64,000 nucleotides of DNA from Myxococcota bacterium. Lineage in GTDB: Bacteria; Myxococcota_A; UBA9042; PHBI01; JAWLBL01. Position 1 is the stretch's first letter, and each line of letters begins with the position of its first letter. Positions 45,301-55,124 of the stretch are shown here, in pieces. The stretch covers positions 171,634 to 235,633 of the forward strand of contig JAWLBL010000009.1 of NCBI GenBank assembly GCA_041687695.1. The letters run 5' to 3'. Both the position numbers and the translations under genes were made by a program. The notes beneath the pieces are model-generated. The model was not told the origin of the DNA and did not search any database. It worked only from the letters and a program-made list of their open reading frames with translations.

Positions 45301-46230
45301 GTGGGCCCGGACGAGTTCCACACGCGGCTGCCGGGGTCCGGCCGACCGGGCCTGGACGACAACGCCTACACCAACGTCATGGCGGCCTGGTGCCTGCGGG
45401 TGGCTGGGCAGGCGCTCGAGGCGATCGGCCCCCGGCGCGCGGCCGAGCTGACGGCGCAGCTGGGGGTGACCGACGAGGAGCGGCGCCACTGGGACGAGGT
45501 CGCGCGGCGCCTGCGGGTCGTGTTCGACGGCCACGTCATCAGCCAGTTCGACGGCTACGCCGGGCTCGAGGAGCTGGACTGGGACGCCTACCGGAGCCGG
45601 TACGGCGACATCCAGCGCCTCGACCGCCTCATCGAGGCCGAGGGCGACGACCCGAACCGCTACAAGGCCAGCAAGCAGGCCGACGTGCTGATGCTGTTCT
45701 ACCTGTTCACCGAGGAGCAGCTGGTCGAGCTGCTCGGCCACATGGGCTACCGGTTCGAGCCCGCGTGGATCGCCGAGAACGTCGACTACTACGTGCGGCG
45801 GACGTCGCACGGGTCGACCTTGAGCCGGGTCGTGCACGCCTGGGTGCTGGCGCGGCTGGACCGCGCGCGGTCGTGGAGCCTGTTCCAGGAGGCGCTGCGG
45901 TCGGACGTGGCGGACATCCAGGGCGGCACGACGTCCGAGGGCATCCACCTGGGCGCGATGGCGGGCACGGTGGATCTCGTGCAGCGCGGCTACACCGGCG
46001 CGGCGGTGCGCGACCGGGTGCTGTGGCTGGACCCGCGCGTGCCGGACCCGATGCCCTGCCTGCGGACCAGCTTCCTGGTGGGCGGCGCCTGGCTGAGCGT
46101 GGTCATCACCAGCGCGCGCCTCGAGGTCGTCTTCGCCAACGGCTGGGCCGACGAGGCGCGCGTCGGCTTCGCCGGGCAGGTCCACCTCCTGCGGCAGGGC
46201 GAGTCGTTGCGCTTCGAGCTGTCAGCGTAG
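42343..46230 (+). CDS. otsB: Trifunctional beta-PGM-like HAD / trehalose-6-phosphate phosphatase / GH65 phosphorylase (OtsB1-like)
   Basis: DVDGVVTDTA; FLDYDGTLSPI..SGR..GSHG..DKG..YVGDDHTDEDAF; GH65 ARGLHGEAYRGHVFWDE, GPDEFH, KQADV, HGSTLS. Confidence 0.92.
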   Translation: MSAKEPSFDAVVLDVDGVVTDTARLHERAWKALFDAALPQLGDARPFTHEDYREHVDGKPRVDGLRALLKARGLEVDDEQVASLAADKDQRFQALLASEGVTAFEDAVTALRGWRRLGLGVAFVSASRNAGQVLEAAGVADLADLRVDGRVAAELGLSGKRALFREAARRLRVEPASAVAVEDAVAGVAAARDEGFGLVVGVSREGDGGALRQAGAHRVVARLTELPTFAEAGSVRASALASALCLDLLIAHVGRRRVAVFLDYDGTLSPIVDQPSAAELPEPTRESLRALVARCPVAVVSGRDRQDVASRLGVEGLWVAGSHGFDVAGPDGRTFEADAGRHALPELKAAAETLTRDLAHLPGVLVERKRFALAVHYRMAPDAAAEVTRTVHQVASKARHLTVRPGRKVLELRPDVAWDKGRAVERVLALLPGGDEELTPLYVGDDHTDEDAFRFVSGRGVGVLVGAPLRPTRADLRLADPREVAELLRMLARWIDHGPRRASWTLSFDRPDPERERHREALCTLGNGNFATRGAAEEEHAGPHHYPGTYLAGGYDRIATEVRGEVLVNEDLVNWPNWLRLSFRPVGGEWLSVDACRTQAFAQTLDLRRGVLSRVMRLRDRDGRQTVLTARRLVSMDDPHVGALSWELLPENWSGPVEIRSSLDGTVRNAGVARYGALRGEHLTPLGTGASGPDLIWLDVCTRQSRVRMAQIARTRVNVPELRPRRVDEHGDRIDQTLLVDARPGRAIEVDKVVSVHTSRDPASSDPLADARERVAHLPGFGALEAAHARRWAQIWKRCDITLGPGLEETTRVLRLHLFHLMQVVSPHIIDRDVGVPARGLHGEAYRGHVFWDELFIQPFLDVSWPELTRELLMYRYRRLDAARRLASALGLRGAVYPWQSGSNGREESQRLHLNPRSGRWVPDETDRQRHIGAAVAWNVWRYYGATGDHEFLAAHGAEMLVEIARFWASLATWDEGLGRFRIRGVVGPDEFHTRLPGSGRPGLDDNAYTNVMAAWCLRVAGQALEAIGPRRAAELTAQLGVTDEERRHWDEVARRLRVVFDGHVISQFDGYAGLEELDWDAYRSRYGDIQRLDRLIEAEGDDPNRYKASKQADVLMLFYLFTEEQLVELLGHMGYRFEPAWIAENVDYYVRRTSHGSTLSRVVHAWVLARLDRARSWSLFQEALRSDVADIQGGTTSEGIHLGAMAGTVDLVQRGYTGAAVRDRVLWLDPRVPDPMPCLRTSFLVGGAWLSVVITSARLEVVFANGWADEARVGFAGQVHLLRQGESLRFELSA

Positions 46231-48762
46231 ATCGACCAGGCGGCTGGCTTTGCGGTAACGGACGCGGAAGCCGCGGAAGCGGGGCAGGACGCGCGGCGAC
46301 GGGTCGGGCGCCTTGCGGGCGGCGGCGTTCAGCGGCTCCAGGGTCACGACGCGGCTCTGGGGGCCGACCTCGCAGCCGTACTGGGCGCCCAGGTGGGTCC
46401 AGGTGCGCGGGAAGTCCTCGCGCAGCGCGGCGATGGTCGCCTCCGGCAGGCCGGTCAGGCGCGCCAGATCGGGCCGCAGGTCGTCGGGCTCGAGCAGCGC
46501 CAGATCGGCGCTGGCCTCGACACCCAGCGTCGCCAGCTGCCGGGCCAGGTAGGCGGCGGGGTCGTCGGTCGGCCAGCCGCGCGCCGCCTCCGCGACGTCG
46601 TGCTCGGGCCAGGCGACCAGCAGCGCGTGCAGGTGCACGTGGTCGCGGACGGGGTCGGCGCAGCCCTTGAACCGCCCCAGGCGGTTGTCCAGCACCAGCC
46701 GCGCCACGGCCTGGCACAGCGCCTCGCCGTGCAGGGGCGCCTCGTCCTCGGCCAGCACGACGCCCGCCAGGCGCCGGACCGTGCGCCCGACCACCTCGAC
46801 GCCGCGCGGGCCCGAGCGCGGCTCGGCGGCGGCGACCTCGACCTCGCCCAGCCCCGCCTCGGCCAGCAGCGCGGGCGCGCAGGGCAGCAGCAGCCGGCCG
46901 TAGCCGCGCACCTCGAGCCCCGGACCGCCCAGCCAGAAGTGGCCCAGCAGCACGCCGGCCGTCGGGGCGCGGCGCTCGGGCGCGCCGTAGGGACGCGGGT
47001 GCGGGGGCGACCAGGGGCGCACCCACAGCTCGTCGCCGGCGCCGTTGGCCCAGGGCTCGCGTCCGTCGCCCGCGTCCGCGCCCGCCCGGGCCCGCTTGGC
47101 CTCGGCGCGCGCGCGCAGCACGAAGCCGGCCTGCGGCCACCGCTCCAGCAGGTGCCGGGCCAGCGCGTCGCGGCGGGGCAGCGGGTCGCGGTCCTGCTCG
47201 GGCGGGGTGGCGACGCCCAGGGCCTGCCGCAGCGACGCCGCGACGCGCCGCACCTCGGCCAGCCGCGTGGCGTGCAGGCCGTGCCGGTCGGCGTCCCCGC
47301 GCCGCAGGGCCAGGATCTGCGCCGAGACCTCGTCGTCGGCGTCCCTGAGCAGCGCCTCTCGGGCCTCGTCCGAGGCCTCGCGCCGGCCGTCGGGCAGGGC
47401 GCCGGCCGGCAGGAACAGATCGGTGTCGCCTTCGAGCAGGGCCACGAGATCGGCCAGCGTGGCGGCCAGCGCGGGCGGCGCCTCGGCGAGCAGCAGCGCG
47501 TCGCGGGGCGAGGTCGGCAGCGCCAGCGCCTGGCGGCCGCGCGAGGTCAGGTGACCGCGCTCGTCCAGGGCGCCCTGGCGGCGCAGGGCCTCGCGGGCGC
47601 GGGCGACGGCGAAGGCGGGCGGCGGGCGCAGCCAGGGCGCGCGGTCGAAGCGCTCGCCCTCGAGGCCCAGGCCGGCGGCGTCCAGCACCAGCGGGTCCAA
47701 CGCGACGCGGGCGATCTCGGGCTCGGTGTGGGGCTCGGGGCGAAAGCCGCGGGCGAACAGGCGCAGGCAGCGGCCCGGGCGCACGCGGCCGGCGCGGCCG
47801 GCGCGCTGGTCGAGCGAGGCCTGGCTGCAGGGGACGACCGCCAGCGCGGCGCGGCCGGCGCGGTGCAGCGTGGCGCGGACGAGGCCCGGGTCGATGACGG
47901 TGGTGACGCCGGGCAGGGTGACCGAGGTCTCGGCGACGTTGGTGGACAGGAAGACGCGGCGGCGCGGCCAGCTGGGCCGGAAGGCGGCCATCAGGCGCGG
48001 CGCGGGCAGGCTGGCGTGGACCGGCACCAGGTCGAAGGCGTGGCGGCGGGCCAGCGGCTCGAGGGCGGCGGCGCACCGGGCGATCTCGCCCTTGCCGGGC
48101 AGGAAGACCAGCACGTCGCCGGAGTCGTCGCCAGCACGCTCGATGACCCCGGAAATGGCGTCGGCGATCCGGGCCTCGAGGTCGCGGGCGCTGGGCTCGC
48201 TGGGCCCGGCCGCGTAGTCGACCTGCACCGGGAAGGTGCGGCCGTGGCCCTCGAGCACCGCGGCGCCCAGGCGCGCGGCCAGGGCCTCGGCGTCGACGGT
48301 GGCCGAGGTCATGACCAGCTTGGCGGCCGACGGGCCGGGCAGGTCCCGCGCGGCCAGGCGCGCGACCAGCAGATCGAGGTCGAGCGAGCGCTCGTGCAGC
48401 TCGTCGACCAGCACCGCCACCCAGGGCCACGCGTCGTCGCGCTGCAGCATCCGCAGGGCCACGCCGGTCGTGGCGAACAGGATGCGCGTGCTCGGGCCGC
48501 TGCGGTCCTCGAAGCGCACGCGGTAGCCGACCGCCTGCCCGACCTCGCCGCCCAGCGCCTCGGCGACGAAGCCCGCCAGCGTACGGCAGGCCACGCGGCG
48601 CGGCTCGACGACCAGCACCGGGCCGCCCAGCGTCTCGGACAGCCAGACCGGCAGGCGCGTCGACTTGCCCGAGCCGGTCGGGGCGACCACCAGCAGGGTG
48701 TCGTGGGTCGCGAGGGCGGCCTGGAAGTCCTCGCGCAACGCTTCGATGGGCAGGTCCGACAT
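46222..48762 (-). CDS. hrpB: HrpB-like DEAH-box helicase
   Basis: APTGSGKST, EPRRVA, DELHERS, MTSAT, FLPGKGEI, STNVAETSVT, QRAGRAGR. Confidence 0.85.
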   Translation of the reverse strand: MSDLPIEALREDFQAALATHDTLLVVAPTGSGKSTRLPVWLSETLGGPVLVVEPRRVACRTLAGFVAEALGGEVGQAVGYRVRFEDRSGPSTRILFATTGVALRMLQRDDAWPWVAVLVDELHERSLDLDLLVARLAARDLPGPSAAKLVMTSATVDAEALAARLGAAVLEGHGRTFPVQVDYAAGPSEPSARDLEARIADAISGVIERAGDDSGDVLVFLPGKGEIARCAAALEPLARRHAFDLVPVHASLPAPRLMAAFRPSWPRRRVFLSTNVAETSVTLPGVTTVIDPGLVRATLHRAGRAALAVVPCSQASLDQRAGRAGRVRPGRCLRLFARGFRPEPHTEPEIARVALDPLVLDAAGLGLEGERFDRAPWLRPPPAFAVARAREALRRQGALDERGHLTSRGRQALALPTSPRDALLLAEAPPALAATLADLVALLEGDTDLFLPAGALPDGRREASDEAREALLRDADDEVSAQILALRRGDADRHGLHATRLAEVRRVAASLRQALGVATPPEQDRDPLPRRDALARHLLERWPQAGFVLRARAEAKRARAGADAGDGREPWANGAGDELWVRPWSPPHPRPYGAPERRAPTAGVLLGHFWLGGPGLEVRGYGRLLLPCAPALLAEAGLGEVEVAAAEPRSGPRGVEVVGRTVRRLAGVVLAEDEAPLHGEALCQAVARLVLDNRLGRFKGCADPVRDHVHLHALLVAWPEHDVAEAARGWPTDDPAAYLARQLATLGVEASADLALLEPDDLRPDLARLTGLPEATIAALREDFPRTWTHLGAQYGCEVGPQSRVVTLEPLNAAARKAPDPSPRVLPRFRGFRVRYRKASRLVDLR

Positions 48763-48832
48763 GCCGCGCACGCTAATCGAGGCGCGGCGCCGTGCCCAGT
48801 GGTGTAGCATCCCGCCCACCCCGAGGAGACCC

Positions 48833-49264
48833 ATGTCCAACGAGCAGACCGCCCCCGAGGCCGCCGACGAGATCCTGTTCCAGCGCGAGTGGCGCGGCCA
48901 GGGCCACATCACCTTCACCCTCGACGCCCGCTATCGCTCGCGCACGCGCATGGTCGGCAAGGGGTCGATGGAGGGCGTGCGCGCCTACGTCGCCATGCTC
49001 GACGAGGCGGTGGCGACCTTCGGGCGGGAGCGGACGACCACGTCGCTGGTCGATCTGACCGAGCTGCGCGACCCGCCGCTGCGTGCCCAGCTGGTGCTGG
49101 GCAAGTGGCTGTTCACACACCGCAAGCAGGTCGAGCGGGTCGCCATCTTCGGCGGGCGTCCCATCGAGATGAAGGTCGCCCAGGCCGTGGTCACGATGGC
49201 GCGGCTCGGCGGCGTCGGCTTCTTTCAGGACGAGGCGAGCGCGCTCGGCTTTCTGGGCTGGTAG
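48833..49264 (+). CDS. STAS/SEC14 (SpoIIAA-like) domain protein
   Basis: GAGGAG RBS; LVDLTEL, RVAIFG, FFQDEASALGFL pattern. Confidence 0.7.
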   Translation: MSNEQTAPEAADEILFQREWRGQGHITFTLDARYRSRTRMVGKGSMEGVRAYVAMLDEAVATFGRERTTTSLVDLTELRDPPLRAQLVLGKWLFTHRKQVERVAIFGGRPIEMKVAQAVVTMARLGGVGFFQDEASALGFLGW

Positions 49265-49296
49265 CGAGCGCGCTCGGCGTCATGGGTAGGGCTGCG

Positions 49297-49638
49297 TCAG
49301 GCGCGCACCGGCTCGAGCACGCGCACCCAGCCCCAGACGTTGTCGCGGCGCTCGGGCCGGATGGCGACCTGGTGCAGCTCGGTGCCGTCCTGGGCCACCA
49401 AGCGCTCGTGCAGGTTGGTCTCTGGCGTGGGGGTGGCGGCCCGGTCGTCGTCGGGCTCGGACCAGCCGGACAGCCAGTCGAAGTGATGCTGCCGCTCGGG
49501 CTGGCGCCACACCGGCAGCCCGTCGACCTGCGGCGGCTGCGGCGACATGGGCGTCCAGTGCGTGATCGCCCCGCCGTGGCGGGCGGCGAGCAGCTGGTCG
49601 TGCTTCAGCTCGATGGTGATCTGCTCCCTCGCGGCCAT
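49297..49638 (-). CDS. Hypothetical protein
   Basis: GAGGAG RBS and host-like codon bias; no motif recognised. Confidence 0.6.
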   Translation of the reverse strand: MAAREQITIELKHDQLLAARHGGAITHWTPMSPQPPQVDGLPVWRQPERQHHFDWLSGWSEPDDDRAATPTPETNLHERLVAQDGTELHQVAIRPERRDNVWGWVRVLEPVRA

Positions 49639-49796
49639 GGGCTCCTCCTCGCTCGCGTTCCACCTGACAGGAGGCTCACGCGCGCGGCCGGTTCAAGGCG
49701 CGCGCAGCCGTCGTCACGGCGACCCGGGCGGTCACCCGGGTGGCATGGACACCCTCGCCCGGTTCGCGTCATGCTCCGCGTCACGAGGAGGGCGAT

Positions 49797-50488
49797 ATGG
49801 CACGCATCGGGGACCGTGGTGAGGGCGTGAGTGCGGGGCGGCGTGGCTTTCTGCGCATGGCGGGGGCGGGGCTGCTGATCCCGGCCTGGCTGGCGGCCTG
49901 CAACAAGGCGGGCGGCGAGGCCGGGGCTGAGGGTGGGCAGGCCAAGGCCGAGGCGCCGAGCGGCGTGGTCGAGGGCGACGGCAAGCAGAAGGCCAAGGAC
50001 GGCGAGGCCGAGGCGAACGACGCGGCCCTGTACAACAAGGGCATCGCCATGGAGCAGGGGGCCGTCAACGCCTACGCGGCCGCGGCCAAGCTGCCGTTCA
50101 TCGCGAGCGACCCGGCGGTGCTCGCGGTCGCGGCGCACTTCATGGCGGACCACACGGCCCACCGGGACGCGCTGGCGAGGTGGTGCGAGCAGCTGGGCGG
50201 CAAGCCGATCGACCCGGCGACGGCGCCGACGCCCGAGATCCCGGCCGAGATCCTGGACGGCTCGAAGCCGGACGACGAGCGCAAGCTGGCCGTGCTGCGC
50301 TTCGCGCGCGAGCTGGAGAAGCAGGCCGCGGACGCCTACTTCAAGATGGTGACCGCCAACATGCTGACCGAGCTGGGCCGGCGCTGCGCGGCCGAGCTGC
50401 TGCCGGTCGAGGCGCAGCACGTGGCGGTCTACGACTTCGTCTTGAAGGCCGACAAGGTGACCAGCGCGGCGCTGTTCTCGGAGCAGAT

Positions 50489-50492
<4 letters not shown>
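49797..50492 (+). CDS. Tat-exported ferritin-like lipoprotein
   Basis: GRRGFL twin-arginine signal and LAAC lipobox; E..A..AY, DH..H, LE..AA.AY, EAQH four-helix metal-ligand pattern. Confidence 0.82.
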
Positions 50493-52524
<2,032 letters not shown>

Positions 52525-52537
<13 letters not shown>

Positions 52538-53685
52538 GCCACCGGCGCGCAGGCCGCCTGGTGTCGGTCCAGCGCGTCGCGAAAGGCGCGCTCGTCGAAG
52601 GCCGCGCCCTGCTCGCGCCAGAGCCCGTCCACGACCAGGTCGGCGCCCTCCATGTGAGCCTCGAAGCGGCCGACCAGCCGGCCGTCGTGCAGCAGCGGGC
52701 AGACGTACCAGCCCCAGCGCCGCTTGGCGGCCGGCTTGTAGACCTCCCAGACGTAGTCGAAGCCGAAGACGTGGCGCACCAGCGCGCGATCCCAGATGAG
52801 CGGGTCGAGCGGGCCCAGGACGCGCATGCGGCCGTCGTCGTCGGGGAAGGCGCGGTCGAACAGGCGCGGCGGCGCCAGATAGCGGCGCTTGGCGCCCGTG
52901 ACCTCGACCTCGACCAGGGCCCCTTCGGCGACCAGCCGGCGTGGCAGGTCCGTCGTCCGCCAGGCCGTCAGCATCGACCACCACGGGCCCGCGGCCATCG
53001 ACAACAGGCCGGCGGCGTGGGCCCGCTCGACCAGCGCCCAACGGGCGAAGGCTTCGGAGGCGTCGCCGTGGGTGGGGCGGATCGGCGGCTGGTGGGCGTG
53101 CTCGGGCAGGGCCCGCTCGGGGACGTCGAACAGCTTGCCGTCGGCGCTGCGCCCGCAGACGACGACGCGGCAGCGCGTCCACAGGACCTCGAGCGCCATG
53201 GACGTGGCGCGGCGGGTCCCCTTCCAGCCGGACCAGTCGATGGGCTCGACCGTGCCGTGGTCCTCGAGGGCGCCGGCGGTGACCGGCCCGACGGCGCGGA
53301 CCTCGTCGAGGACGCGCTCGAGGACGCCCTCGGGCAGCCGCCTGAGCCGGTCGCCCAGGCGCCACCACGGGGTCTGGGCCGCCTGGTCGCGGTAATGGGG
53401 GAAGGCCGAGGCGGGCAGGAGGCAGCGCTCCTTGGCGAAGTGCTCGAAGGCGTGGCCCGGGTAGGCGAAGCGGTAGACGTCGCCGCGGGCCAGGCCGTCG
53501 AGGCGCGCGAGGGCGACCAGATCGGCGTTGGTGCCGATGCGGTCGAGCGGGTCGAGCTGGATGCAGCGGAGCTCGGTCAGCAGCGCGCGCACCCCGGCGG
53601 CGCCGGGCGGGAGGGTGACGGCGCGCAGGCCGAGGTGGCCGACCAGGGCGCGGCGCGCCTCGTCGGGGCTGACCTGGATCACCAC
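52525..53685 (-). CDS. YcaQ/AlkZ-like (HTH_42) DNA glycosylase family protein
   Basis: IQLDPL, LGPLDPLIWDR..FGFDY.WEVYKP..KRRWGWYVCPLL..LVGR. Confidence 0.88.
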
Positions 53686-55124
53686 GGCTCGACGATCGCC
53701 ACGTTGGCCGCCGGGTCGGAGGGCAGATAGAGGATGGGGACCTCTTCGCCGCGCTGGCGATCGACCAGGTGGGGATCCCAGCCGGTGAGGCGGCCGTCGT
53801 AGACCCGACCGTCGACCCGGACCCGATAGGCGAGCTGGTAGGGCGAGCGGCCGTTGACCCTGATCGAGGTGTCGTAGCCGGTGTCCACGACCTCGCCCAC
53901 GGTGACCTCGCCCTCGGTCAGGACGCGCCGGACCTTCGTGCGCTTGCGAAAGCCCGCCCGCAGGAAGCCCAGGCCGACCAAGAGGAAGAGGGACCCGAGG
54001 CCGCCACCGATGAGGGCGAACAGCGCCTCGCCGGACGCGAGGCCCGAGATCAGGAAGACGCTGCCCACGCCGCCGCCGACGCTGGCGAAGATGGCGCCGA
54101 AGGTGAGATGGAAGCCGCTGAGCGGGGCGAAGCGCTTGGCGTAGGCGGCGGGCAGCGGCCGCGGCGGGGCGGGAGGCAACGCCAGAGGGCGGGCCGAGCG
54201 GACGGCGACCGCGCCCAGTCCGTCGACCGCGCTGGCGTCGCCGCGGGCCAGGGCGCGCGCCCGCTCGGCGAGGGTGCCCGCGTGGCGCGGACGGTCGCGA
54301 GGGTCGGGCCGCAGCATGGCGGACAGCAGGACGGCCAGCTCGGGGCTGACGTCGACCGCGTCCTGCCAGGCCAGGCGGTGATCGGGCCCGACGAGGTCCT
54401 GCGGGTCGCGGCGGGACAGCAGGGCGACCGCCAGGACGGCCACCGAGTACAGGTCGCTGGCGGGCTCGGCGCGGCCGGCGAACTGCTCGGGGGCCATGTA
54501 GCCGAAGGTGCCGGCGATGGTGCTGCCGTCCTCGGCGCCGCGCACGACGTCGCGGACGGCGCCGAAGTCGATGAGGGCCAGGCGCCCGTCGCGGCGGCGC
54601 ATGACGTTGGCGGGCTTGATGTCGCGGTGCACCACCGGAGGCTCGACGCCGTGCAGGTAGGCCAGGATGTCGAGCACGTCGGCCATGACCAGCAGGACCT
54701 CGTCCTCGCGGAAGCGGCGGCGGGCCAGCTCGCTCTGCAGGGTCTCGCCTTCGATGAGCTCCTGGACGAGGTACAGGCCGACGGTCTTGCCGCTGCCGGC
54801 GGTGAAGTCCTCGTAGTAGCGAGGGACGCCCGGGTGCTCGAGGGTCTCGAGGACCTTGGCCTCGCGGGCGAACAGATCCATCGCCTTGACCGAGTCGAGG
54901 CGCCGGACGAGCAGCTCCTTGATGGCGACCGGCTGGCCGTCCGAGAGGCGCTCGGCGCGGTAGGTCGTGCCGTTGGCGCCCTGGCCGAGGACGGCGAGGA
55001 GGCGATAGCGCCCCTCGAGGGCGGTGGGGCCGTGGCAGGCGGCGCAGGCCTCGGCCGGGGGCACGTCCGCGCCGCAGGTGGCACAGACGACGGTGGCCGT
55101 GCTGGGGACGGCTAGGTCGGTCAT
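53679..55124 (-). CDS. Ser/Thr kinase with N-terminal Zn-ribbon-like Cys motif and C-terminal TM/DUF3592-like domain
   Basis: CATC..CAAC; LGQGANGTTY, HRDIKPAN, DFG, GTFGYMAPEQ; two TMs followed by VNGRSPY..Y..Y.P.DP. Confidence 0.88.
   Translation of the reverse strand: MTDLAVPSTATVVCATCGADVPPAEACAACHGPTALEGRYRLLAVLGQGANGTTYRAERLSDGQPVAIKELLVRRLDSVKAMDLFAREAKVLETLEHPGVPRYYEDFTAGSGKTVGLYLVQELIEGETLQSELARRRFREDEVLLVMADVLDILAYLHGVEPPVVHRDIKPANVMRRRDGRLALIDFGAVRDVVRGAEDGSTIAGTFGYMAPEQFAGRAEPASDLYSVAVLAVALLSRRDPQDLVGPDHRLAWQDAVDVSPELAVLLSAMLRPDPRDRPRHAGTLAERARALARGDASAVDGLGAVAVRSARPLALPPAPPRPLPAAYAKRFAPLSGFHLTFGAIFASVGGGVGSVFLISGLASGEALFALIGGGLGSLFLLVGLGFLRAGFRKRTKVRRVLTEGEVTVGEVVDTGYDTSIRVNGRSPYQLAYRVRVDGRVYDGRLTGWDPHLVDRQRGEEVPILYLPSDPAANVAIVEPW

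Noticed and set aside
42343..46230. Novel triple-domain trehalose enzyme
   Set aside because: The HAD-OtsB-GH65 architecture is already known (mycobacterial OtsB1 type).
41770..46670. Very long Arg/Pro/Gly-rich alternative-frame ORFs (also 454..2883, 36201..39317, 50429..53368, 59188..62769)
   Set aside because: Shadow ORFs expected in very GC-rich DNA; they overlap well-supported genes. Only the 41770..42225 portion is kept as a real gene.
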